Positions 9,246 through 17,991 of a stretch of DNA of 64,000 nt are shown here, one piece after another. The position numbers and the translations under genes were made by a program. This stretch comes from an uncultured bacterium (GTDB taxonomy: Bacteria > Verrucomicrobiota > Kiritimatiellia > CAIKKV01 > CAITUY01), in the NCBI GenBank assembly GCA_903908715.1, contig CAIVSY010000115.1, positions 35 to 64,034 of the forward strand, given 5' to 3'. The first letter of the stretch is position 1. Every line of letters starts with the position of its first letter. Under the pieces are notes generated by a model that did not search any database, was not told where the DNA came from, and saw only the letters and a program-made list of their open reading frames with translations.

Positions 9246-12200
9246 TTGAACGATCATTCGCGAGCAGTGAGGCATCGTCTGTGGCTCTGGTTCCCGTTCG
9301 CCGTGGGACTCATGGCGGCCGTGGCGGTCAGCCTGCTGGCGCCTGTCAGCTGGACCGGATACTGGCGTTATCTCACGCTGCGTTTCGGCTGGCAGATCGT
9401 GGCGGCTATCCTGACGGCGGCAGTTCTGCTTCTGTTTTCCATGCTGGTGGCCGGACGGCGGAAGGAATCGGGGTTCCTTGCGCTGGGGATGTTCATCAGC
9501 ATTCTGATTCACATGATGATGGCTTCCATGTTTGGCGGCTATATCCTCCAGGACGGGGCGGCCCCCAGTGACGGCGATGAAAACGCGTTGGCCGTTTCCT
9601 CCGGTGTACCGCAATGGACCGAGAGTCAGCTGAGCGAGGAGGTCCGGAGCGAGTTCACCGCGGTAACGCCGCCCGATTTGCGCGAGATGGATGCCGGGCG
9701 GAATGATCAGGCGGGTTCTGCCGCAGGCGGGTTCCGTCGCTTCCGCGCGAATCCGGAGGCCCTGCAGTCCCATGACCCGGATCCCGGTGAACGGGTGCAG
9801 GCCGTAATGGCCTCCGCGGGCAAGGCGAAAATTGAGGATCGTCTGGCTGCCTCCGGGGAGCGGCAGGCGGAGGTCGAGCGGGCGGTGGTGGTGAAACTGA
9901 AGCAGGGCTCATTACCGTCCGGAGCCCGGCCGACTCAAGAGGTTCCGCGTGAGTTGCCGGATGCGGAGCCGTTACGCGGGGAGGACAGGATTCCTTCCCT
10001 GGACCGGGAGCGGCCCCAGGTGGCCGGAGGGATGGATGTGCAAAGGGCGCCAGTCCGCACAGAGGCATCCGTGGATGGCAGCCGGCGGATGATACAGCGT
10101 GAGGACGAAATCCTCCGTGCGGTTCCCGGAAGACAAACGATCGAAGCCCTGGATGTGCGCGCGGAGGCGATGACTGCGGAATGGAAGGAAGCGCAGCGGA
10201 GCGGACGTGCCGCGCCTGCGTTGGAGGCCGCCTACCAGAAGGGCGAAGGGCCCGATGTGTCCGCGCCGGAGCGGGCGGTTGGCGAATTCAATCCGGATGT
10301 TTCCGCTGTGTCTGTCGCCCGCCTGGCGGATCAGGCTCCGGCATCGGGCGAGCGCCGTGTTTCTCTCGAAGGGGCTGCCGCGAAAGTGCGCGAGATCCGT
10401 GCAAGGAGCGGGGATCCGGCGGTTGTGCTGGAGGTTGCCTTGCAGCCGTTGGCCCGCGAATCGGGCCCGTCTGTTCCTGTGGCGGAAAAAACTTCCGCCG
10501 TGGCGCGCGACGTCGGGCCCGGTCGGGCCGGGCAGGGAATGGGAATGGTGGCGGGCCCCGCAGGATCCGTTCGTGCCCAGGTGTCCTTGCAGGGGAGGGC
10601 GGCCGGGGAAAGGAAACTCACAGGAACCTCTTCTTTATCCGGCACCACCTCTGCCAGGGAATGGGCCGGGGTCGAAGATCGTTTACAGGCCGCGGGTCGC
10701 CGCACAACTCAAGGCGCAATGACGGCGGTTGGTGGCCGTGCCGAGGCGGTTGCATCCGTTGCCGGTCAGGGCATGGACGGGATATCTGGCGTCTCCGCCC
10801 GTCCTATTGCGGATGTCAAAGTCGACAAGCGCGGAATGGCCCCGGAAGGGATCGATTCCGGTTCAGGACGGGTTATGGCTGGAGGCGCATCGATGGAATG
10901 GGCGCTTGGGAATGCGGGCATCGGCGAGGAGACAGGGAGTGATGCCGGACTGGATATTGCTTCCGTTCAGGCCGTGTTTGCCCCGGTTCCGGAGGACCGC
11001 CAGGGCGAAGCCGGAATGCCGGCGGGGCGTGGGAGTTCGAAGGGATTAACGGGATTCGGGAGCGTGATGTCGGCGGATGCGCCAGTTCGGGTTTCGGATC
11101 GGGCGACAACAGGAACTGTTCAGTCAGCCAGTGCCGGGGCCTGGCAGGAATGGGGTACGGGGGAAGAAAAGGCTGGCGGAAGTTTCGGAAGCCATGAGGC
11201 GGGGAGCGCCTTTGCGCGGCAGGATGTTGAAGGCGCCTTCCTGGGAGTAACGGATCCGGGCGGATCCCTTGCGGGTGGATTCGAGCGGAGCGAGGTCAAG
11301 GGTCTTGCGGGAGGCCGGATGTTTGTCGAGGAGGCTGTCGCGGGCTCGGCGGTCAGCGTGGTGACGCGCGAAAAGGCAGGACACGGCACTGCGGCGCTGG
11401 CGGGCTCTATGCGGGGGATCACGTCCACGGATTCAGGCGCTGCCGAGGCGGGACGTGTGGGGGCAACCGGTGCAAGAGAGGCTGTGCCGATGTCGGTTGG
11501 CAAGGCTGCTTCGGGTTTCCCGGGTTCAGCGGATCACGGCAAGCCGGGTGGTGGCGGGAAAGGGGCGACCGAAATGCCGGTTACTGGAACGACGGATAGA
11601 CGGGGCGTCAGTCTTGCGGATGGGACCGGGGTGGCGATTCCGCATCGTGCGGTGCGGGGTGATGGGGTGGTGCCTGAAGGGGCTCTCGATGGGAGGACAT
11701 TCGGATTGCACGGCCAGGATCAGGGAACAGCATTTGGCACGGTGACGAAGAGTGAGGCGGCGGCTGGGGGAGCCTTGGCTGGAACGGGAAATTCCGGGTC
11801 CCGTACCGTGAGGGCTCCGGGCGATTTTCGGGTCGACAAGGCGGGCGGCGGCATGGGCGGCGCAGGGAGTTCCCCGCGACCCGACTGGCGCGATGTGGGG
11901 TCGGCCGGCCTTTCGCTCGCGGGCGGTAAGTCACACGGGCGGTTGGATGGGGGGGGTGCCGCAAGCGGGGTGGCGGACCGGATCGCGGCATCCGGCCGGG
12001 GTTCAGGAGGCGCGGGCACAGCCAGGGTGCTCATCACGGATGAGCTTTCCTCGGTCCCCGCGAAAGTGATCCAGAAGGCGATATACACCCTGCGTGCGCC
12101 GGAACGCCGCAAGGAGATTGCGCGTGAATTCGGCGGGTCGGAAAAGACCGAGCAGGCTGTGGAATCGGCGCTGGTATGGCTCGCGCAGTCGCAGAGCGAG

Positions 12201-13121
12201 GACGGGCGCTGGGATGTGGATGGTTTCAGGACCTTATCGCGATGCGGCGGACCTGGGGACCGGGCTGATGAAGATGTGGCCCTGACGGGACTGTGCCTGC
12301 TTTCGTATCTTGGCGCCGGGTACACGCACGTCAAAGGGGAGCACAAGGAAACTGTTCGCAAGGCCCTCAACTGGTTGATCGACGGGCAGAAGCCGGACGG
12401 AGACCTGCAGCGGGACGGCCAGATGTACGGGCAGGCGATGGCCACGGCCGCGCTGTGCGAATCCTACTCCATGACGGGCGACAAACGGTTGCTCGGGCCG
12501 ATTGAGAGGGCGGTGGCGTTCATTGCGCGGGCGCAGAATCCGGGTGCCGGCTGGCGATACGAGCCGCGGAAGGATTCGGATACATCCGTGACCGGGTGGC
12601 AGGTCCTGGCATTGAAGAGCGCGATGATTGCCGGCGTCCGGATTGATCCGGAGCATTTCCAGTGGGTTGAGGAATGGTTGGATGCGGTGCGGCGCGGCAG
12701 GGAAGGCGGACTTTATGCCTACATGCCCGGCCAGGGGGCCACGCCCACCATGACAGCGGAAGGCTGGTTCTGCCAGTTGATGATGCAGGAGAAGACCCGC
12801 ATGCGGGGGCAGGGGGAAACCATTCCGTATCTCATGGAACATCTGCCGGAGTGGTCCTCCCAGGAGAACGGTGTGAATCTGTATTTCTGGTACTACAGCA
12901 CGCTGGCCCTGTATATGTCCGGTGCGCCGGAATTCTCGGTGTGGAACAAGGCGCTGGTGGAGGCCCTGTTATCCGGGCAGGTCCAGCGGGGACCCGCCAA
13001 AGGCAGTTGGGATCCGGTGTGCGTGCTGGGCGCCCGAGGGGGCCGGATCTACATGACAGCCACGGCAGCGCTTTGCCTCGAGGTGTACTATCGCTATCTG
13101 CCCTTCTATAAGCAGAGGTAG
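9246..13121 (+). CDS. Giant membrane-anchored protein (1291 aa). Architecture: 3 N-terminal transmembrane helices, about 750 aa of Gly/Ala/Ser/Glu/Arg-rich low-complexity linker, then a C-terminal prenyltransferase/squalene-cyclase-like alpha/alpha-toroid repeat domain. TTG start.
   Basis: Uninterrupted 3.9-kb ORF in frame with clear transmembrane segments. C-terminal QW-type motifs LVWLAQSQSEDGRW, NWLIDGQKPDGDL and FIARAQNPGAGW. Directly downstream of ExbB/ExbD. Confidence 0.7.
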   Translation: MNDHSRAVRHRLWLWFPFAVGLMAAVAVSLLAPVSWTGYWRYLTLRFGWQIVAAILTAAVLLLFSMLVAGRRKESGFLALGMFISILIHMMMASMFGGYILQDGAAPSDGDENALAVSSGVPQWTESQLSEEVRSEFTAVTPPDLREMDAGRNDQAGSAAGGFRRFRANPEALQSHDPDPGERVQAVMASAGKAKIEDRLAASGERQAEVERAVVVKLKQGSLPSGARPTQEVPRELPDAEPLRGEDRIPSLDRERPQVAGGMDVQRAPVRTEASVDGSRRMIQREDEILRAVPGRQTIEALDVRAEAMTAEWKEAQRSGRAAPALEAAYQKGEGPDVSAPERAVGEFNPDVSAVSVARLADQAPASGERRVSLEGAAAKVREIRARSGDPAVVLEVALQPLARESGPSVPVAEKTSAVARDVGPGRAGQGMGMVAGPAGSVRAQVSLQGRAAGERKLTGTSSLSGTTSAREWAGVEDRLQAAGRRTTQGAMTAVGGRAEAVASVAGQGMDGISGVSARPIADVKVDKRGMAPEGIDSGSGRVMAGGASMEWALGNAGIGEETGSDAGLDIASVQAVFAPVPEDRQGEAGMPAGRGSSKGLTGFGSVMSADAPVRVSDRATTGTVQSASAGAWQEWGTGEEKAGGSFGSHEAGSAFARQDVEGAFLGVTDPGGSLAGGFERSEVKGLAGGRMFVEEAVAGSAVSVVTREKAGHGTAALAGSMRGITSTDSGAAEAGRVGATGAREAVPMSVGKAASGFPGSADHGKPGGGGKGATEMPVTGTTDRRGVSLADGTGVAIPHRAVRGDGVVPEGALDGRTFGLHGQDQGTAFGTVTKSEAAAGGALAGTGNSGSRTVRAPGDFRVDKAGGGMGGAGSSPRPDWRDVGSAGLSLAGGKSHGRLDGGGAASGVADRIAASGRGSGGAGTARVLITDELSSVPAKVIQKAIYTLRAPERRKEIAREFGGSEKTEQAVESALVWLAQSQSEDGRWDVDGFRTLSRCGGPGDRADEDVALTGLCLLSYLGAGYTHVKGEHKETVRKALNWLIDGQKPDGDLQRDGQMYGQAMATAALCESYSMTGDKRLLGPIERAVAFIARAQNPGAGWRYEPRKDSDTSVTGWQVLALKSAMIAGVRIDPEHFQWVEEWLDAVRRGREGGLYAYMPGQGATPTMTAEGWFCQLMMQEKTRMRGQGETIPYLMEHLPEWSSQENGVNLYFWYYSTLALYMSGAPEFSVWNKALVEALLSGQVQRGPAKGSWDPVCVLGARGGRIYMTATAALCLEVYYRYLPFYKQR

Positions 13122-13273
13122 ATGGTGTGGGATCTTGTCGGCGGGTGCGAAATGACGGTATGTCTGGTCACTCCCGTATGATCTTTCATTGATCCACTGG
13201 GGGGCGATAATCTACACTGACCTGCAATCATTTTGCTGCATTCTCGTCCGGCAGGAAGGACACACAATCGGAT

Positions 13274-14494
13274 ATGACCTGTTCACAGAAAGACAAGGAT
13301 CGCATTCGGGCTCTCGCGGAAAAGGTTGCGGCAATGGCCAGGGAACCCAGAATGGCCGCCATCAAGAAGCGTTGGGCGGATGTCAATGCCCTGCGCAAGC
13401 CCGACCGGGCACCGGTCTGGTGCAGGCCGGTGGGATGCTGGAAGGAGATCATTACAGACGATAGGCTCGAGTGCACGGATCCGTCATTGCGGCCGCTTGA
13501 GTATCGGTTCCTGCAGACGATTCACAAGAGGGATATCGACGATGATGAGCCCGTCGAGGATTATCTGGATATCGGGGCGGTTTTCAAGGTGGACCCCGAG
13601 AATGTCTGGGGCGTCACGGTCGGCCGGCACACCACCAGCGAGAAAGGCGGCGCGTGGGGGTATGACCCGCCGCTGAAGACGGTGGACGACCTGAGCAAGC
13701 TGCGGATCCCCGCGTTCGTCTATTGCAAAGACGAGACGCAGGCGCTCAAGACCCGTCTGGAGGATCTGCTGGGCGACATCCTGCCGGTGAAAGTGACGGT
13801 GGGTCCGCTTCTCGGTGCGACGCTGGGAATGGCCGCGGCGGACTTGCGCGGGCTGGAGCAGATGATGATGGACATGATTGCCGAACCCGAGCGGATGCAC
13901 CGTTTAATGGCTTATTTGCGCGACTCGACACTGGCTTCGATGGACTATATCGAAAGTACCGGGTTGATCACGCCGGGCAACAGCGGTCCCATGACCTGCA
14001 GTGATCCCATCGGCGAAACCGGAGTGAATGCGCGCCTGACCTGCAGAAATCTCTGGTGCATGGCGAATTCGCAGGAATTCGACCAGGTCTCGCCCGCCAT
14101 GTGGGAGGAATTCTGTCTGAACTACCAGAGGCCGATCTTCGCGAGATTCGGGCTTGTTGGATACGGGTGTTGTGAGAACCTGACCCACAAGATCGACGGG
14201 GTGCTATCGATCCCCAACCTGCGGATCTTTGTCTGCAGTGCGTGGACGGATCTGGACACCGTCCTGGAAAAAGCAGGCCGGGGCTACTGTATCATGTGGC
14301 GCCAGAAGGCCAGCGATGTGGTCTTCCCCGACTCTGCCACCCAGATCAAGGAGGACTTGATGAAAGGCGCCCGGAAGCTTCAGGGATACCGCTACCAGAT
14401 TGTACTCCGGGAGCTGGAGACCCTTGCCGGGCACCCGAACCGCTTGCACGAATGGACTCGCTACGCCAAGGAGGCGGCCGCCCAATACTCGTAA
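13274..14494 (+). CDS. Uroporphyrinogen decarboxylase (URO-D)-family protein, paralog 1 (MtaA/CmuA-like fold; substrate unknown)
   Basis: 406 aa. Global resemblance to the URO-D/methylcobamide:CoM methyltransferase family, and a similar domain layout to the downstream neighbour. Confidence 0.6.
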   Translation: MTCSQKDKDRIRALAEKVAAMAREPRMAAIKKRWADVNALRKPDRAPVWCRPVGCWKEIITDDRLECTDPSLRPLEYRFLQTIHKRDIDDDEPVEDYLDIGAVFKVDPENVWGVTVGRHTTSEKGGAWGYDPPLKTVDDLSKLRIPAFVYCKDETQALKTRLEDLLGDILPVKVTVGPLLGATLGMAAADLRGLEQMMMDMIAEPERMHRLMAYLRDSTLASMDYIESTGLITPGNSGPMTCSDPIGETGVNARLTCRNLWCMANSQEFDQVSPAMWEEFCLNYQRPIFARFGLVGYGCCENLTHKIDGVLSIPNLRIFVCSAWTDLDTVLEKAGRGYCIMWRQKASDVVFPDSATQIKEDLMKGARKLQGYRYQIVLRELETLAGHPNRLHEWTRYAKEAAAQYS

Positions 14495-14558
14495 AGCCGT
14501 GGTCCGCATGCCGCACAGGTTTCTGTGCGCTAACTTTATGTGGGAATCAGGAAACTGC

Positions 14559-15608
14559 ATGACTCAACGTGAGAATATTCTCAAGGCGATCCGGTTTGAA
14601 AAGCCCGACTTTATCCCCATGTCCTTCCAAATCAGTGCGGCATCCTGGAATCATTATGATCCGCAGGCGCTGCAGGACCTGATGGAAGCGCATCGTCTCC
14701 TCTTTCCGGATTTCATTCGTCAGGCAACCGTTACCCCGTATTACGGTCTCAATCAGCGCAAGGATGAGCCTTATACCGACGCATGGGGATGCGTGTGGTC
14801 CACCAGCGAGGATGGGATTACAGGGTCGGTCCATGGACATCCGTTGTCCTCCTGGGATTCGTTTTCCAGCTACACGCCGCCCGATCCGGAAAAGACGGAT
14901 GGAACCTATCCGGTCGACTGGCAGGGTCTTGGGTCCCATGTTCGTCAACAGAAGGTGGCGGGGCAGCTGGTCTGCGGCGGGCTTCCTCACGGGCATACGT
15001 TTCTCCGCCTCCAGGATATTCGCGGATACGAAAATCTGATCCTCGACATGATGGATGAAAGGCCTGAATTGTGGAAACTCGTCAGCATGGTCGAGGAATT
15101 CAACCACCACTTCGTGCTCAAGTGGCTGGAACTGGAGCCGGACATGATGAGTTATCCGGAGGACCTGGGCATGCAGGTCGGTCCCATGCTCAGCCCGGAA
15201 AGCTTCCGCAGGTTCATCCGGCCGGTTTATGAGAAACTGATGAAGCCAGCCCGTGAACGCGGCTGCATTGTCCATATGCATTCCGACGGTGACATCCGCA
15301 CGCTGGTCGATGACCTCATCGGAGGGGGTGTGGAGGTCATCAACCTGCAGGACCTTGTCAATGGGATCGATTGGATTGAAAAGAAGTTTGCGGGGCGCAC
15401 CTGCATTGACCTGGATATTGACCGGCAGGCCATCACGGCGCGGGGCACGCCTCAACAGATCGACCGTCTGATCCGCGAGGAAGTCACGAGGCTGGGGAGC
15501 CGGGAGGGCGGCCTGATGATGGTCTACGGGTTGTATCCGGGCGTGCCTCTGGAGAACGTGGAAGCTCTCATGGACGCCATGGAGAAGTACGCAGGGCATT
15601 TTGCCTGA
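14559..15608 (+). CDS. Uroporphyrinogen decarboxylase (URO-D)-family protein, paralog 2
   Basis: About 350 aa from the internal ATG (MTQRENILKAIRFEKPDFIPM). The upstream part of the annotated ORF overlaps the previous gene. URO-D family features. Confidence 0.6.
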   Translation: MTQRENILKAIRFEKPDFIPMSFQISAASWNHYDPQALQDLMEAHRLLFPDFIRQATVTPYYGLNQRKDEPYTDAWGCVWSTSEDGITGSVHGHPLSSWDSFSSYTPPDPEKTDGTYPVDWQGLGSHVRQQKVAGQLVCGGLPHGHTFLRLQDIRGYENLILDMMDERPELWKLVSMVEEFNHHFVLKWLELEPDMMSYPEDLGMQVGPMLSPESFRRFIRPVYEKLMKPARERGCIVHMHSDGDIRTLVDDLIGGGVEVINLQDLVNGIDWIEKKFAGRTCIDLDIDRQAITARGTPQQIDRLIREEVTRLGSREGGLMMVYGLYPGVPLENVEALMDAMEKYAGHFA

Positions 15609-15686
15609 AGGATGACCATGGTTCGGCCGGATCCCTCAGGGACCTGCCTCGAGGCAAGACCCGGGAATTGGTCCTGTTGTGGCGGA

Positions 15687-16778
15687 CTACTCCCGTTCTA
15701 CCGGAATGGCGGGGCGGCGTATGGAGATGACGATCCGCCGGTTTGCTGTATTGCCGTTATCCAGGTCGGCTTTTTCCTTGGGCTGACTAAACCCGAGGCC
15801 TGCGGTTTCCATGCGGTTTCTGGAGATCTTCCATTTCCCGCCGGCGAGGTAGTCCCGTACGGCTTCCGCCCGTTTACGGGTGAGTTCGAGGGCTTCCTTC
15901 TCGCTGTCATTCCGGCGCTGGTCGCAATGACCCTCGATCAGGGCTGTTGAGGCGGGGTGATCCTTCAGCATCCTGCCGATTACATCAAGCTGTTCAAAAT
16001 ACTGGGCCTCGACAGCGGTATTCCTGCCGGTGAACTCGATGTACAATTCGTGCCGATCCACAATCTGGGCGGGTGGCGTTTCGGGTGCGGCAAGGGGTTC
16101 CGCCCGGGGGGTGCCGGCAGACGGCGGTTCAGGTGCGGCGACAGGGATGATGGTCACGGGCACTTGCGCTGTCCCGCGGTGGCCGGGAGTCCAGGCAAGT
16201 CCGCAGTCGATTCGCGAGTTGGACTCGCTTTTTGTCACGGTGCCCGCCGCGAAATAACGGAAATCCACACGAAGCGACAGGGAGTCGGTCAGCCTTTGCA
16301 GGAGGCCGGCACCGGCGCGGGGGGTGAAGTCGAGCCCGTCGTTTTCGCCGATTTCCTCGCTGTAACGGAGAAAGCCCACGCCAGCCGACAGGTACGGATT
16401 CAGGGATTTCCCCGGCGCCAGGTAGTACAGGGCATCCACGGCGGCTCCTGCTGCCGAGGTTTCATCCTCGCCTGTGGCTTCCTGAAGGCGGTTGACCTGC
16501 AAAGGGGCCCCGGAGGAATAGTCGGTGTAGTAGTTTCCTTCCAGTGTGGGCACAAACGTGAGTGAAGCTTCAATGGAAAGCGAAGGCGACAGGGCATAAT
16601 CCAGCAGAAGGCTGGCGGTATAGGCGTCGTCCACATCCGCATCCCCTTCGGTGTCCAGCTTGCCGATTGCGGCGCTGAACCGCCAGGGGGACAGGCCGTC
16701 CCCTGCCGTGACAACGGTCGGCGCGGCCAGGATCAGGAACATGGCGATGAAAACGGTGATAGAGCGGAACAAGTTCAT
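15687..16778 (-). CDS. OmpA-family outer membrane protein (N-terminal beta-barrel plus C-terminal OmpA peptidoglycan-binding domain)
   Basis: Signal peptide. C-terminal LIEGHCDQRRNDSEKEALELTRKRAEAVRDYL...NRRIVISI is an OmpA_C motif. Confidence 0.8.
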   Translation of the reverse strand: MNLFRSITVFIAMFLILAAPTVVTAGDGLSPWRFSAAIGKLDTEGDADVDDAYTASLLLDYALSPSLSIEASLTFVPTLEGNYYTDYSSGAPLQVNRLQEATGEDETSAAGAAVDALYYLAPGKSLNPYLSAGVGFLRYSEEIGENDGLDFTPRAGAGLLQRLTDSLSLRVDFRYFAAGTVTKSESNSRIDCGLAWTPGHRGTAQVPVTIIPVAAPEPPSAGTPRAEPLAAPETPPAQIVDRHELYIEFTGRNTAVEAQYFEQLDVIGRMLKDHPASTALIEGHCDQRRNDSEKEALELTRKRAEAVRDYLAGGKWKISRNRMETAGLGFSQPKEKADLDNGNTANRRIVISIRRPAIPVERE

Positions 16779-16863
16779 AAGCGGCTCCTTGTTTCAGACG
16801 ATCTTGCAAGGGACATGACGAAAACTAGCACACGGCGATGCGAATGCAAATCCAACTTTCCGG

Positions 16864-17448
16864 TTACCCGCACCAGGGCTTCAGGAGCCTGTCGAGCTGC
16901 CGGAAAGGCAGGCCGATCACGGTGGCAAGATCGCCATGGATCCGTTCAACGAGAACGGCGGAACGCGGATCCTGCACGGCGTAGGAACCGGCCCATGCAA
17001 GGGGCCGGGTCAGGCGAACGTGGCGGCGCAGTCGTTCCTGCGGCCAGCGGCGCAGGGTTACCCAGGCTGTATCGATCATCCGGACGGTCTTCCGGTGCTT
17101 GCTTGGCCCCGAGGCGGGGAAGATGACGCAGGCCGCACTGCTGATCCGGTGGGTTCGCCCGCCGAGGCTCATCAGCATGCGGGTGGCGTCGGCAAGATTG
17201 ATGGGCTTGCCCAAGATGTTTCGCCCGAGGATGAGCGCGGTATCCGCTCCGATCACAACAGCCTGCGGATAAAGTTTCGCCACGGCTGCCGCCTTTGCCT
17301 CAGCCAGTTGCTCCACATGGTCTTCCAGGTGGGTGCCTTTGGGCGGGTCCGGCTCATCGAGATTCGATGGGACCCGTTCAAACACATAGCCGGCGGCTTT
17401 GAGCAGTGCGGCGCGTCCTTGCGAATGGGAAGCCAGGATGAGTTTCAT
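16864..17448 (-). CDS. maf: Maf-like nucleoside triphosphate pyrophosphatase or septum formation protein
   Basis: 194 aa. N-terminal LILASHSQGRAALLKAAG, and ADT/GAD/AVQ motifs of the Maf family. Confidence 0.8.
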   Translation of the reverse strand: MKLILASHSQGRAALLKAAGYVFERVPSNLDEPDPPKGTHLEDHVEQLAEAKAAAVAKLYPQAVVIGADTALILGRNILGKPINLADATRMLMSLGGRTHRISSAACVIFPASGPSKHRKTVRMIDTAWVTLRRWPQERLRRHVRLTRPLAWAGSYAVQDPRSAVLVERIHGDLATVIGLPFRQLDRLLKPWCG

Positions 17449-17523
17449 AGTCCAGATGCTCCTTGCGAATCCGTACAGCGGCGGTTATAAGGACAAAGAC
17501 GCCGCAAGAGAAGAGGAAAAACC

Positions 17524-17952
17524 ATGGCTTCGTTTAATCGTGCGATGTTGATCGGGAACCTGACTCGTGATCCGGAGGTACGCGCCACGCCCACAGGAAT
17601 CAGCGTGGCGGACCTGCGTCTGGCCGTCAATGAGGACTACAAGGACAAGAACGGGCAGGTCGTCAAGCGTACGTGCTTTGTCGATGTCGTGGTGTGGGAC
17701 AAGCAGGCGGAACTATGCAGGAAGTACCTGACCAGGGGAAGCACGGTGTATATCGAGGGCCGCCTCCAGATGGATGAATGGACGACCCAGGACGGACAGA
17801 AGCGAAGCAAGATTCGGGTCCGCGCGGACCGTGTCCAGTTCCTGGGCTCCCCGAAGGGGGCCGGAAGTGCGCCGCAAGGTTCAAGGGATGAGGATTTCCC
17901 GTTGCCGGCGGAGGATCTTGAGGAGGCCGCTCCGGTGGATGAGGCGGGCTAA
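17524..17952 (+). CDS. ssb: Single-stranded DNA-binding protein
   Basis: 142 aa. N-terminal OB fold NRAMLIGNLTRDPEVRATPTG...RLAVNE...FVDVVVWDKQAE. Acidic tail with DEDFPLP. Confidence 0.85.
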   Translation: MASFNRAMLIGNLTRDPEVRATPTGISVADLRLAVNEDYKDKNGQVVKRTCFVDVVVWDKQAELCRKYLTRGSTVYIEGRLQMDEWTTQDGQKRSKIRVRADRVQFLGSPKGAGSAPQGSRDEDFPLPAEDLEEAAPVDEAG

Positions 17953-17991
17953 GCGGCGGACAAGCGGGGTTCAACCAGGGGCGGGACAAGC

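Noticed and set aside
14400-14558. Annotated upstream start (MYSGSW...) of the second URO-D paralog, overlapping the first paralog by about 95 nt
   Set aside because: Homology begins at the internal ATG (MTQRENILKAIRFEK). The long overlap is unlikely.
17900-17952. SSB C-terminus lacking a terminal DDDIPF tip (DEDFPLP is internal; the protein ends ...PVDEAG)
   Set aside because: The acidic tail is present. The variation at the extreme C-terminus is within known SSB diversity and cannot be judged further without alignment.
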